Source: an uncultured delta proteobacterium (GTDB taxonomy: Bacteria; Myxococcota_A; Polyangia; Polyangiales; B10-G4). From it: a stretch of 64,000 nucleotides of DNA. Made by a program: the position numbers and the translations under genes. Shown in pieces: positions 1 to 9,779 of this stretch. Each line of letters starts with the position of its first letter. Positions within the stretch are counted from its first letter, which is position 1. The notes beneath the pieces were generated by a model. It saw only the letters and a list, made by a program, of their open reading frames with translations. It had not been told where the DNA came from and searched no databases. Location of the stretch: the NCBI GenBank assembly GCA_963727445.1, contig CAVSGI010000015.1, positions 128,001 to 192,000 of the forward strand. The letters are read 5' to 3'.

Positions 1-3
1 GAC

Positions 4-624
4 ATGTCGCTGGCCCGCTTCATTCAGGAGTGGGGCGCGGTTCCCATCCGCCTCACCTACGGCCCCGACCCTCTCGCGTATCTCACGCCGCTCACCAGCA
101 TGTTCATGCACGGCGGCTGGCTCCACATCATCGGCAACATGTGGTTCCTCTGGGTCTTCGGTGACAACGTCGAAGACGTGCTCGGCAAGGGCCGCTTCAT
201 CGTCTTCTACCTCGCGTGCGGGCTCTTCGCCGTCGCCGCGCAGGTCTTCATCAATCCCGGGAGTCAGGTCCCGATGGTCGGCGCCTCGGGCGCCATCGCC
301 GGCGTCCTCGCGGGCTACGTGATGCTCCACCCGAAGGCGCGGGTCACGACGTTGATCCCGTTCATCTTCATCATGTTCGTGGAGCTCCCGGCCTACGTCT
401 TCATCTTCGTGTGGTTCGGCTACCAGCTGATCCTCGGCGTCGGCTCCCTGGGCATCGGCGACCAGGGGGGCGGCACCGCCTTCTTCGCCCACATCGGCGG
501 CTTCCTCGCCGGCCTCGCGCTCATCAAGGTGATGGCGCCCCGTGGACCCCGGCCGCCCCAGCGTCGCGTGCTCGAGCCGCACCCCGGCGAGTGGGGCTAC
601 GACCGACACCGTCCGCTCCACTGA
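4..624 (+). CDS. Rhomboid family intramembrane serine protease (5' end probably outside window)
   Basis: HGGWLHIIGNMWFL, catalytic GASG and AHIGGF motifs; several TM segments. Confidence 0.9.
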   Translation: MSLARFIQEWGAVPIRLTYGPDPLAYLTPLTSMFMHGGWLHIIGNMWFLWVFGDNVEDVLGKGRFIVFYLACGLFAVAAQVFINPGSQVPMVGASGAIAGVLAGYVMLHPKARVTTLIPFIFIMFVELPAYVFIFVWFGYQLILGVGSLGIGDQGGGTAFFAHIGGFLAGLALIKVMAPRGPRPPQRRVLEPHPGEWGYDRHRPLH

Positions 625-655
625 AAGCCGGCGAGCTCGCCCTCGGGCGCGCCGC

Positions 656-2545
656 TCAGAAGGGATTGTCTGGAACGCCGCCCGACGACTCCATGGTCGT
701 TTCCATGGTCGCTTCCATGGTGGGCTCTGCTTCCATGGTCGCCGCCTCCATCGTCGCGGCTTCCATGGTCGTTTCCATCGTCGTCATGGCCGTGACCTCT
801 GGCTCCCCACCTTCATCGGGTGTCGTCATGGTGGTCGTGGTCATCGCCATCACGCTCGTCATCGTGGGACGGGCGCCGTGCTCGCGCTCTTCGAGGGAGA
901 AGCTCACCCGCGCGACCATGCGCTCCCCGTCCTGCGTGAAGGCGTTGCGGAGCACGGTCTGGGTGTCGCTCTCGAAGCCCGAGGAGCTGGCGGTGACGCT
1001 GACCGGGCCACGCGGCTCGTTTCGCAGGACGATCTCTCCCTCGTCGTTGGGCGTGGCCCCGGCGGAGACTACCCGTGCATCGCTTGGCGTCACGCTGACG
1101 GCGACGACCCAGGGCATCGGCTCGAGCTGCACGGTGAGCGGGCCTTGATCTTCGGTGGCCGTGACCATCTGACGCGAGGACACGAAGCCGTCCTTGCTCA
1201 CCACCACCTCGACCTCGTGACCGATGGGCAGGCGGATGGCGAAGGGCGTCTCGCCCTCCTGCGCTTCGCCGGCCACCTCGACGCTCGCGCCAGGAGGTGA
1301 GGTCGCGACGCGCACTTCCACCCGCGGCGCGTCCTCGGGGATCGCGGCCATCTCACCATCGGCCGCCGCTGCGTCGGGCTCCGCCACGGAGGTGTCGGGC
1401 GTCTCGTCGGCCTCGCTGATGGTGCCTACGTCGTCCGTCGTGCCCGCCGGGTTCTGCTGGCTGTAGATGAACAGGCCGATGCCCACGACCGCGGCGACGC
1501 CGATGAGGATGGGGACCATCATCGAGCGCGGCTCCTCGGGCTCCTTGGCGGGCGCTGCGGCCGCCTTCTTCGGCTCGTCCTTCCTGGCGGCGGCCTCGCG
1601 ATCGCGGCGCTTCGCGGTCGCTTCGGCCTTCTTTCGCTCCGCCTCGGCCTTCTTTCGCTCCGCCTCGGCCTCGGCAGCCTTGTCCTCGGCGGCCTTCTTC
1701 TCCGCCGCCTTCTTCTCGTCAGCCTTCTTCGCGGCGGCCTCGTCGGCACCGGCCTTCTTCGCGTCGGCCTTCTTCTCGTCAGCCTTCTTCGCGTCAGCCT
1801 CGTCGGCACCGGCCTTCGCCTCGGCAGCCTTCTTCTCCGCCTTGGGCTCTTCCTTCTTCGCGGGCGCGGCCGAAGCCGCCGCGGCCTCGGCCTTCTTCTC
1901 CGCCTTCGGCGCTTCCTTCTCGTCGGCCTCGGCCTTCGCCGCCGCTTCCTTCTCCCGACGCGCCGCTTCCTCGCGCTCGCGCGCGATCTCCTCGCCACGC
2001 TTGCGCGCGCGCTCCGCGTCCTGGGCGGCCTCCTTGGCCGCGTCCTCGTCGCCTGCCGAGAGCGCCTCCGCGAGGAACTCGCTCGCATGCCGGACCTGAG
2101 TGCTGTCCTCGGGCGCGGGCAACTGATCCTGGGGCAGCGGTGCCGGGAAGAAGGCCTGGGTCTTCTTGACGCTCTTGACCTTCTTGCGCCCCTGCTCGAA
2201 CTCGCCCGGGCTATCGCCGCGCTGCGAGACGATCTGCTCGACCAGGCTTCGGCTCTGGGGATCCATCTTGATGAACTTGATGCCCATCCCCGGCGGCTTG
2301 TCCTCCTCGCCGCCGTCGCGCTTCCAAACCACGCGACCGACCCCGTGGATCAGACGCGATTCGTCCTTGAGCTGAAACTCGAACTTGAGCAGCGTCCCGA
2401 TCGGCATCGGGCTCTTGCTCTTGATGAAGATCCCGCCGCGGGAGATGTCCATCGCGTACTGCTCGACGAACTCGTCCACGGTCGCGCTCTTGAAGCGGAC
2501 CTTCAACGAAACGGGCGCGCGTCGATCCTTGCGCGTATCAGCCAT
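656..2545 (-). CDS. TIGR02266-type PilZ domain membrane protein with Ala/Lys-rich linker, TM helix and PEGA-like domains
   Basis: RKDRRAPV...DISRGGIFI...GMGIKF PilZ motifs; TM ILIGVAAVVGIGLFIY; TSPPGASVEV PEGA-like start; ends PDNPF. Confidence 0.85.
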   Translation of the reverse strand: MADTRKDRRAPVSLKVRFKSATVDEFVEQYAMDISRGGIFIKSKSPMPIGTLLKFEFQLKDESRLIHGVGRVVWKRDGGEEDKPPGMGIKFIKMDPQSRSLVEQIVSQRGDSPGEFEQGRKKVKSVKKTQAFFPAPLPQDQLPAPEDSTQVRHASEFLAEALSAGDEDAAKEAAQDAERARKRGEEIAREREEAARREKEAAAKAEADEKEAPKAEKKAEAAAASAAPAKKEEPKAEKKAAEAKAGADEADAKKADEKKADAKKAGADEAAAKKADEKKAAEKKAAEDKAAEAEAERKKAEAERKKAEATAKRRDREAAARKDEPKKAAAAPAKEPEEPRSMMVPILIGVAAVVGIGLFIYSQQNPAGTTDDVGTISEADETPDTSVAEPDAAAADGEMAAIPEDAPRVEVRVATSPPGASVEVAGEAQEGETPFAIRLPIGHEVEVVVSKDGFVSSRQMVTATEDQGPLTVQLEPMPWVVAVSVTPSDARVVSAGATPNDEGEIVLRNEPRGPVSVTASSSGFESDTQTVLRNAFTQDGERMVARVSFSLEEREHGARPTMTSVMAMTTTTMTTPDEGGEPEVTAMTTMETTMEAATMEAATMEAEPTMEATMETTMESSGGVPDNPF

Positions 2546-2615
2546 CCAATCTCCTTGGGCTCCGGCGGGGCCGCGAGCGGGGCGTATCGTAACGAAAGAC
2601 GCCGCTCATCCACAA

Positions 2616-3101
2616 TCACTTGGGTGCCCTGAGCGCCTCGCGCACGGGTTTTGGCGGGCCTCCGAGGACGGAAAGTCGCTCGTGGAGCGCGGAGGGCGCC
2701 TCGGGCAGCACATCGAGAAGCGGCGCCAGGGCGAAGCTGCGGTCGAGGAGGCGGGGATGGGGCACCGTGAGCTGAGGCATCTCGATCGCCTGCTCCGCCC
2801 ACAGAATGTCGATGTCGAGGGTACGCGGCCCCCATCGTTCGTGGCGCACCCGGCCCGCCGCCACTTCGATGGACAGGGTGAGCGAGAGGAGGTCGGGCAG
2901 CGCGAGATCGGTCTCGAGGCGCACCGCCGCGTTCAAGAAGCGCGGCTGAGGTGGCCCGACTGGATCCGTTTCGTAAACGGGTGACACCGCCATGACACGT
3001 ACGCCGTTCGCCCGCGCGAGGGCGTCCACCGCCTCCTGCAAGCGAGCGAAGCGATCGCCGAGGTTCGAGCCCAGGCCGACGACGACGACCTGCGCCTTCA
3101 C
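2616..3101 (-). CDS. folK: 2-amino-4-hydroxy-6-hydroxymethyldihydropteridine diphosphokinase
   Basis: VGLGSNLGDR, SPVYET, FLNAAV, WGPRTLDIDIL, PHPRL; GTG start at 3101 overlaps the upstream TGA (GTGA). Confidence 0.95.
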   Translation of the reverse strand: MKAQVVVVGLGSNLGDRFARLQEAVDALARANGVRVMAVSPVYETDPVGPPQPRFLNAAVRLETDLALPDLLSLTLSIEVAAGRVRHERWGPRTLDIDILWAEQAIEMPQLTVPHPRLLDRSFALAPLLDVLPEAPSALHERLSVLGGPPKPVREALRAPK

Positions 3102-3439
3102 TGGAAGGTGCGCACCTTCGCGGTCGGACGCTCCTCGCCGTTCCACCGGAGCATGCCCCCGACCAGGTGGTAGACCTCGACGAAACCGTGGTCCTGCACC
3201 AGCGCCACGGCGGCGTCCCGACTCTCGCGACCGTCGTTGCAGACCACGACGATCGGCGTCGCCAGGTCGACCCCCTCGAGGCCGCTGTCGCGCAGCTTCT
3301 TCAACGGGACGTGGTGCACGCCGTGAATGTGGCCCATGTCCCCGAGCAGGTCCGACTCCTCGGCCCGCACGTCGACGAAGTACAGGTCGTCCCGCCGTGC
3401 CACGTCCCCGGGCCGGACCTGCGCGTAGCCCTCGGGCAT
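3098..3439 (-). CDS. Rhodanese-like domain protein
   Basis: FVDVR, GHIHG, VVVCNDGRES, LVGGMLRW; ATG 3439 has GGAGG upstream (alternative start 3463). Confidence 0.85.
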   Translation of the reverse strand: MPEGYAQVRPGDVARRDDLYFVDVRAEESDLLGDMGHIHGVHHVPLKKLRDSGLEGVDLATPIVVVCNDGRESRDAAVALVQDHGFVEVYHLVGGMLRWNGEERPTAKVRTFQ

Positions 3440-3489
3440 CCTGTGTGCCTCCCCGATGCGCATCCCTCTCTACGTGTACCATGCGCGCC

Positions 3490-4950
3490 GTGTCGACGCT
3501 GGACCTCTTCGACCGGCGAGGTCGGGATGACGAGCCCGAGAAGCCGACGGTGCTTCGCGTGGCGGAGGTCAACCGCGCGGTTCGCCACCGCCTCGAGAGC
3601 GAGTACCGTGACGTGTGGATCGAGGGCGAGCTCTCCGACGTGACGCGGGCGTCGAGCGGCCACGTCTACTTCACGCTGAACGACGAGCGGGAGCCCGCGC
3701 AGCTCAAGGGCGTGATGTTTCGCGGCGACGCGCGGCGCGCCAAGGCACGCCTCGAGCGGGGCGCCGTCGTTCGCATGCGCGGCCAGCTCACCCTCTACGA
3801 GGCACGAGGCAACTACCAGCTGGTGGCGCGGATCGCCCTGCCCGCGGGCGAGGGGGATCTCCACGCGCAGTTCGAGCGGATTCGGCGCAAGCTCGACGCG
3901 GAGGGACTCTTCGCCGACGCGCGCAAGCGCCCTCTGCCGCGCTTCCCGAAAGTCGTGGGCGTGGTGACCAGCGCCGCCGGCGCGGCGATGCACGACATCG
4001 TGCGGGTGGCCGCGGGCAGGTGCCCGGTGCGGATCGTGGTGGCCGACTGTCGGGTGCAGGGCCAGGAGGCTCCTACCAGCATCGTTCGCGCGCTTCGACT
4101 GGTGGCGCGCCTTCCCGAGCTCGACGTGGTCATCGTCGGCCGCGGCGGCGGCAGCGCCGAGGACCTCTGGGCCTTCAACTACGAGTCGGTGGCGCGCGCC
4201 ATCGCCGAGTGTCCGGTGCCGGTGGTGAGCGCCGTGGGTCACGAGGTGGACGTGACCATCGCCGACCTCGTCGCCGACGTACGTGCCTCCACGCCCTCCA
4301 ACGCCGCCGAGATCGTCGTCCCGGACAAGCGGACGTTGCAGCAGGAGATCGAGGCCTGGGAGCGTCGCCTGTCGCGCGCTCTCGACGGGCGCATCGCCCA
4401 GGGCCGTCTGCGTCTCGAGCGGCTGGCGCGAGCCCTGGGCGACCCTCGACATCAGCTCGAACGCGATCGCGGGCGCCTCGACGCCCAGACCGCCGCGATG
4501 GTGCGGGCGATGCAGCGCTACCTGGCGGAACGCAGAGAGACGGTCCAGAAGGCCGAGGCCACGGCCCGCCGAAACGATCCGCGCGCGCGCATCGCGAAGG
4601 GCCGTAGGCGTCACGCCGAGCTCGACGCGCGCCTGAAGGCCGCGCTCGGACCCGCGATGAACGCGCGGCAGCGGGCGCTGTCGGAGCTGACGTCTCGGCT
4701 GACCCAGGCGGAGCGAGCCTTCATCGAGCGGCGAAAGGCGACGCTCGGTCGGCGCGTCGCGAGCCTCGAAGCGCTCTCGCCCCTCGCCGTGCTCTGTCGC
4801 GGCTACGCCATCGCCCTGTCGGAGCGCACGGGCCAGGCCCTCACACGCGCCGAGGACGCAGCGGTAGGCGACGCCCTCGACATCGTCCTTCACCAGGGCC
4901 GCGTGCGCGCGCGCGTGGAGGAGACGAAGCCACCGGAGAAAGGCGAGTGA
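3490..4950 (+). CDS. xseA: Exodeoxyribonuclease VII large subunit
   Basis: VWIEGELS, SGHVYFTL, GRGGGSAEDLWAFN, SAVGHEVD, STPSNAAE, LSPLAVLCRGY; start 3490 (GTG) or 3481 (ATG). Confidence 0.95.
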   Translation: MSTLDLFDRRGRDDEPEKPTVLRVAEVNRAVRHRLESEYRDVWIEGELSDVTRASSGHVYFTLNDEREPAQLKGVMFRGDARRAKARLERGAVVRMRGQLTLYEARGNYQLVARIALPAGEGDLHAQFERIRRKLDAEGLFADARKRPLPRFPKVVGVVTSAAGAAMHDIVRVAAGRCPVRIVVADCRVQGQEAPTSIVRALRLVARLPELDVVIVGRGGGSAEDLWAFNYESVARAIAECPVPVVSAVGHEVDVTIADLVADVRASTPSNAAEIVVPDKRTLQQEIEAWERRLSRALDGRIAQGRLRLERLARALGDPRHQLERDRGRLDAQTAAMVRAMQRYLAERRETVQKAEATARRNDPRARIAKGRRRHAELDARLKAALGPAMNARQRALSELTSRLTQAERAFIERRKATLGRRVASLEALSPLAVLCRGYAIALSERTGQALTRAEDAAVGDALDIVLHQGRVRARVEETKPPEKGE

Positions 4951-5792
4951 GCGCGCTTCGATTCGCGGTCATCGGCTCTCCGATCGCGCACTCGCGCTCA
5001 CCCGAGATGCACCAGGCCGCGTACCGTGCGCTCGGGATCGACGCGACCTACGAGCGCATCCTGGTCGCGCCCGAGGCGCTCGAGGGCTTCGTCGCGGCGC
5101 TCCCGACGAGCGGCCTCGGCGGTGTGAACGTGACGCTGCCGCACAAGGAGCGCATCGCCAGCCTGGTGGACGTCTCGACGAAGGTCGCGACGAGCGTCGG
5201 GGCGGTCAACTGCGTCACCGTCCTGGACGACGGCCGCCTCGAGGGCGACAACACCGACGCCCCGGGTTCGATCCGCGCCCTCGCCGAGGCCGGATGCGAG
5301 GTGTGTGGCCGCCGCTGCGTCGTCCTCGGCGCAGGTGGCGCGGCGCGTGCGGCGGTGGTGGGTCTCGTCGAAGCGGGGGCCGAAGAGGTGGTGATCGCGG
5401 CGCGGCGACCCGACGCGGCCGAAGCCCTGGTCGCCGGCCTCACCCGTCATCTCGGCGCCCCGCCGCTTCGCGCCTCTGGGCTCGGCGAGGAGCTCGAGGG
5501 GGTCTTCGCCGCTGCGGGGCTCCTCGTGCAGGCGACGAGCGCGACCCTCAAAGACACCGAGACCGCCCGCACATTCGCGGCGTCGCTGCCACTGGCCGCG
5601 CTCCCCGCCACGGCGGTGGTGACGGATCTGGTCTACGCGCCGCTCTGCACCACGGTCCTGGCGGCCGCCGAAGCCCGCGGCCTCACGACCGTCGACGGGC
5701 TCGGCCTCCTCATCCACCAGGGTGCCCTGTCCTTCGAACGCTGGCTCGGCCGGACCGCGCCGATCGACGTCATGCGCCGCGCTGTCGTCTGA
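4947..5792 (+). CDS. aroE: Shikimate dehydrogenase
   Basis: GSPIAHSRSP, NVTLPHK, GAVN, NTD, GAGGAARA, DLVYAP, GLGLLIHQG. Confidence 0.95.
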   Translation: MSALRFAVIGSPIAHSRSPEMHQAAYRALGIDATYERILVAPEALEGFVAALPTSGLGGVNVTLPHKERIASLVDVSTKVATSVGAVNCVTVLDDGRLEGDNTDAPGSIRALAEAGCEVCGRRCVVLGAGGAARAAVVGLVEAGAEEVVIAARRPDAAEALVAGLTRHLGAPPLRASGLGEELEGVFAAAGLLVQATSATLKDTETARTFAASLPLAALPATAVVTDLVYAPLCTTVLAAAEARGLTTVDGLGLLIHQGALSFERWLGRTAPIDVMRRAVV

Positions 5793-5831
5793 GATGAGAC
5801 ACGCGCGCGCCGAGACGGTATCGTGGGCCCC

Positions 5832-6545
5832 ATGAAGCGATGGGGGTGTGACATGAGGTTCGGCGGTTTCGCTCTGGGCATGACGATCGTCGCAGGAGCC
5901 TTCGTCGGGCTCGGGGGCGCCGCCGAGGCGCAGAGCTGCCCCGCCGGGACCACCTGGAACCCACAGTTCCATTCCTGCGAAGCCGCGCAGCAGCAGACCC
6001 AGCAGCAGCAGCAGACCCAGCAGCAGCAGACCCAGCAGCAGCAACAGGTGCAGCCCGTTGGTCAGCAGCAGCAGGTCGTCCCCGTCGGTCAGCAGCAGCA
6101 AGTGGTCCCCGTTGGTCAGCAGCAGCAGGTGACGTCTGTGAACACGGTTCCAGTACAGGCGCAGCAGACCCGGAGCCGACCGCGCTTCGGCCTCATGATC
6201 AGCGGCGTCATCATGTTCGTCGTGATGTACGCGCTGACCGCTTCGATCGTCTCGCTCGGCGACGGCGGAAACGAAGACTTCATGTATATCCCCGTCGTCG
6301 GGCCGTGGGTCGCCCTCGGCGCGAGCGGCACCGACGACTGGACGCCGCTGATCTATCCGAGCGGCATCATCCAGGTCGCGGGCATCACCCTCTTCATCCT
6401 CGGGCTCACCCTCCGCCGCGAGGTCGTGGTGCGCGCCGACGGCGGCATGGGCATCCCCATCGCCGACGGATGGTCGCTCTCGCCTGTGGTCGCGCCGTCG
6501 ACGAACGGCGGCTCGGTCGGCGCGCTCCTCTCCGCGGATCTTTGA
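5832..6545 (+). CDS. Exported/membrane protein with Gln-rich repeats
   Basis: Signal peptide (..AEAQ), poly-Q and PVGQQQQV repeats, C-terminal hydrophobic YIPVVGPW region; start 5832 or 5853. Confidence 0.7.
   Translation: MKRWGCDMRFGGFALGMTIVAGAFVGLGGAAEAQSCPAGTTWNPQFHSCEAAQQQTQQQQQTQQQQTQQQQQVQPVGQQQQVVPVGQQQQVVPVGQQQQVTSVNTVPVQAQQTRSRPRFGLMISGVIMFVVMYALTASIVSLGDGGNEDFMYIPVVGPWVALGASGTDDWTPLIYPSGIIQVAGITLFILGLTLRREVVVRADGGMGIPIADGWSLSPVVAPSTNGGSVGALLSADL
5987..6130 (+). repeat. CAG-rich coding tandem repeats (QQQQT and PVGQQQQV units)
   Basis: Repeated CAGCAGCAG runs; three ~27-bp CCCGTYGGTCAGCAGCAGCARGT units. Confidence 0.85.
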
Positions 6546-6555
6546 GCTCCGGCGC

Positions 6556-7971
6556 TCAGGCGAGGAAGCCAGGAAGCGAACCCGTCAGGTCGATGGTGCT
6601 TCCGTCTTCGGCGGTCGCGCTGGTGATGCCGAGGCTGGTCCGGTCGAGGCCGAAGGCCTGCATGATCGAGACGAGGAGCTTGGTGTGCGGCGGACCGATG
6701 GTGAGGCCGCGGCCGCCCGGGGGCGACGGCAGGTTCTGGTCGTAGCGGAGGTAGCGGCCGGTGGGGATCGCGCCACCTGCGCCACCCGCCATCACGAACA
6801 TCATGTCGTGCATGTCGTGCCAGCCATTGGCGTGCTCCGGCATCCAGATGAGCAGGCTGTTGTCGAGCATGGTGCCGCCGTCTTCGGGGACCGAATCGAA
6901 GGCCTCCACCAGACGCGCGAACTGCTGCGCGTGATAGCTGTAGTAGTTGACCATCCAGGTCTGCGCCGGGTCGGACTGAGAGGGATGGGAGACGTCCTGA
7001 TGCACGTCGAGGCCCGAGGGCGCGCCGATGTCGCTGGTGCTCAGCTGCCCGGCGGCGAGCATGCCGACCCGCGTGAGGTCGCAGGCCATCGCCACGGGAA
7101 AGAGCTGGGTCAGAGCGCTGTCCGTGACCTCGGCGGTGGACAGGCCCGAGGCGGGCGAGGCCGGGCGCTCGCAGGAGAGCGCCGCCGCGGTGGAGACGCG
7201 GTTTTCGAGGTCGCGGATCATGTCGCGATGTCGCTCGAGCTTCTGTCGGTCCTCGAGGGAGAGGCGACCGACCACCTGATCGTATTCGCCGCGCACGAGC
7301 GCGAGCGTGCTCTCGCGGCGCATGCGGCTCATCTCGAGGGGCGTCGGGGTGGTGGGCGCGCCCGAAGCGGGGAGCGCCCCGAAGACGCGATCGAAGGCGT
7401 TCGGCAGGAAGCTGAAACCGCCGAGACGACCCGGGTTCACCTGAGAGCCGGCGGTGTCGTAGATGGGGGAGCTCGACCAGCAGGCGCAGCTGCCATTCGA
7501 GTAGAAGAGGTAGGGGAAGCCGCCGGAAGGCGTCGACGCTTCGGCGATGAGCTGGTCGTAGGACGGGCCGGAGACGCCGCCCTGAGCGGCGAGGCGATTG
7601 GCGATGGCGGCGCCGTGGTTGTTCGAGCTGAAGCCGTGCTCGATGTAGGCCGAGGTCATGGAGAGGCCCTCGACGATGTTGAGCTTTTCGCGGTGCGGAT
7701 GGAGCGGCCGGAGCACGTCCGAGAAGGACATGGGATCGGGATCGTCGAGAGGCATCACCCAATCGGAGCCGGTGTCGGGGTAGCCGGGCCGGCGCATCTC
7801 CCAGCGACCGGTGGGCGGTCCATGCTGGCTGAAGAAGATCATCAGACGCTTCGGCGGCACGGCGCGGGCGGTGCGAGGCCCGAAGAGGGAAGGCAGAAAG
7901 AGCGAGCCCGAGGCGAGGCCCATGGCCTGGAGGAGACGTCGACGGTGGATGCCTCTGGATCGTTTCTTCAT
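6556..7971 (-). CDS. DUF1552 domain protein, Tat-exported
   Basis: RRRLLQ twin-Arg signal; PKRLMIFF, LRPLHPHREKLNIVEGL, MACDLTRV, EDGGTMLDNSL, TGRYL; ATGA overlap with upstream gene. Confidence 0.9.
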   Translation of the reverse strand: MKKRSRGIHRRRLLQAMGLASGSLFLPSLFGPRTARAVPPKRLMIFFSQHGPPTGRWEMRRPGYPDTGSDWVMPLDDPDPMSFSDVLRPLHPHREKLNIVEGLSMTSAYIEHGFSSNNHGAAIANRLAAQGGVSGPSYDQLIAEASTPSGGFPYLFYSNGSCACWSSSPIYDTAGSQVNPGRLGGFSFLPNAFDRVFGALPASGAPTTPTPLEMSRMRRESTLALVRGEYDQVVGRLSLEDRQKLERHRDMIRDLENRVSTAAALSCERPASPASGLSTAEVTDSALTQLFPVAMACDLTRVGMLAAGQLSTSDIGAPSGLDVHQDVSHPSQSDPAQTWMVNYYSYHAQQFARLVEAFDSVPEDGGTMLDNSLLIWMPEHANGWHDMHDMMFVMAGGAGGAIPTGRYLRYDQNLPSPPGGRGLTIGPPHTKLLVSIMQAFGLDRTSLGITSATAEDGSTIDLTGSLPGFLA

Positions 7972-9650
7972 CGCCCTGCCTCGAATGCTGGCCGCTCTGT
8001 GAACGCGGGCTTCATCGCGAAGGAGACGAGGAGCTCGCGCATGTCTCCGCCCGATGCCTCGAAGTCGTCGAAGACCGACGCGACCCGGCACTGATCGGTG
8101 GCGTCGCTCGCGCGCCCCGCGGCGTACTCGAACCAGCGACCCGCGACGCAGCCCAGCGCTTCGTCGCTGTCGGCGAGGCGGTGGCTGAGATCCACCGCGT
8201 CGGCGATGTCCCAGGTCTCGCCGTCGGCGTCGAAGGTGCCGGTGGCGTCGACCGGCAGGCCGTTGTCGGTGGTGCGGAAGCGGCCGATGGCGTCGAAATT
8301 CTCGAAGGCGAAGCCGAGGCCTTCGAAGTTCGAATGGCAGCCGTGGCAGGCCGGTGGAGACGTGCGCTCCTCGAAGAGCTGGCGGTTGGTCATCGTCCCC
8401 GCGCCGCTCGACGCGGGCTCGCTGAGGTCGGCGTCCGCTGGGGGGCTGGGCGGAGCGCGGCAGAGGATGCGCTCGTAGACGAAGATGCCGCGGAGGGGCG
8501 GCGAGCCCTCGAGGCGATGGGCGCGTCCGGCGAGGAAGCCGGCGCGGGTGAGGATGCCGGCGCGCTCGGTGGCGTCGAGGGTCGCGGGCTGCCAGCCGCT
8601 CGACGGCGCGGACACACCGTAGAGATCGGCGAGCGCGGGGTTCACCTCGGTCTCGGTGCTGGTCAAGAGCGCGCGGAAGGTCCCCTCGCCCTGCCAGATC
8701 ACGCGCGAGACGAAGCGATCCGATTCCTCGCGCGCCGCCTGGACGAGCGACGAATCCCATTCGGGATAGCGGCCGCTGTCCTTCGATTCGTCGTAGAGCT
8801 GGTCGAAGTCGAGCCACTGGCGGTGGAAGTCCTCGAGCATCCGGCTCGCGCGCGGATCGTCGAGCATCCGCCGCGCCTGCGCCTCGCGCTGCTCTGGCGT
8901 CGTCAGCTCGTCGGCCCCCGCCACCGCGAGGAGCTCTTCGTCCGGCGCGCTGCCCCAGAGCAGATACGACAGCCGCGTCGCCACCTCGTAGGGTGTGAGC
9001 TCGAAGGTGGTGTCGGTCCCACCGCTGGGCCGGCCGAGCTCGAGACGGTAGAGAAACTGCGGCGCCTGGAGCATCGCCTCGACGGTGAGCTGCACCGCGG
9101 TGTCGAAGCTGCTCGCCGCGCGCTCCGCGTCGAGGAAGGTCTGGTAGCGATCGATCTCCTCGGCGGTGAGTGGACGCCGGAAGATGCGCAACCCGACCTG
9201 CGCGAGGAAGGTGGCGGCGCAAGCGTCCTCGCCATCGACGCTCGCGTCGCAGGGCATCCACGAGGCCTTGTCGGCGATCGCCGCCGCCGCGACCTCCGCC
9301 GCCACGTCGCTGTACTGCTCGATGAGGAGCGGCTGCGGGCTCAGAAGCTCCGCGCGGTTTTCGAACCCGTGCTCGTCGGGATCGGAGACCAGCTCGAAGT
9401 CGACGCTGACGGTCGGGAAGAGGTCCTCGAGGGTGGCGCGATACTCGGTCCGGCTCAGCCGCCGCACCGGCGCGGGCGCGACGTCGGTGCAGAGCTCGGG
9501 GTTGGTCACCGTCCCGGGCGGCGGCGGCGGCGTCGTGCTCCCTCCGCCGGGCGTCGTCGGCTCCTCGGGCGACGCCCCGGGGTCGAAGATCAGCCCGGTG
9601 CACCCCGTGAGGAGCAGCGAGAGAAGTCCGAGCCGAGCGAGAGCACCCAT
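7968..9650 (-). CDS. DUF1592/DUF1588-family lipoprotein (DUF1587-1595-1592-1588-1585 architecture) with CxxCH
   Basis: Lipobox LLTGC; RRLSRTEY, PQFLYR, RLSYLLWGSAPD, RAGILT, CHGCH, GFAFENFDAIGR. Confidence 0.9.
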   Translation of the reverse strand: MGALARLGLLSLLLTGCTGLIFDPGASPEEPTTPGGGSTTPPPPPGTVTNPELCTDVAPAPVRRLSRTEYRATLEDLFPTVSVDFELVSDPDEHGFENRAELLSPQPLLIEQYSDVAAEVAAAAIADKASWMPCDASVDGEDACAATFLAQVGLRIFRRPLTAEEIDRYQTFLDAERAASSFDTAVQLTVEAMLQAPQFLYRLELGRPSGGTDTTFELTPYEVATRLSYLLWGSAPDEELLAVAGADELTTPEQREAQARRMLDDPRASRMLEDFHRQWLDFDQLYDESKDSGRYPEWDSSLVQAAREESDRFVSRVIWQGEGTFRALLTSTETEVNPALADLYGVSAPSSGWQPATLDATERAGILTRAGFLAGRAHRLEGSPPLRGIFVYERILCRAPPSPPADADLSEPASSGAGTMTNRQLFEERTSPPACHGCHSNFEGLGFAFENFDAIGRFRTTDNGLPVDATGTFDADGETWDIADAVDLSHRLADSDEALGCVAGRWFEYAAGRASDATDQCRVASVFDDFEASGGDMRELLVSFAMKPAFTERPAFEAGR

Positions 9651-9779
9651 CCCCTCTGAGACTAGGGAACCGCTGTAATCCCCGCACTTACAGTTCGTTC
9701 GCGGTCGCCGAGAGGCGCCCATGACGCGGATATCCGGGCGGATCCGCGCGGCATGCCTCGTGAGTTACCATCGCGTTCG

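Noticed and set aside
7972..9687. N-terminal extension giving a 1043-aa ORF (similarly the extensions of 30941..33814, 33361..35235, 38748..40556, 25313..26800, 28167..30521)
   Set aside because: These are Arg/Pro-rich off-frame or antisense read-throughs of real neighbouring genes, typical of high-GC DNA; the true starts are internal.
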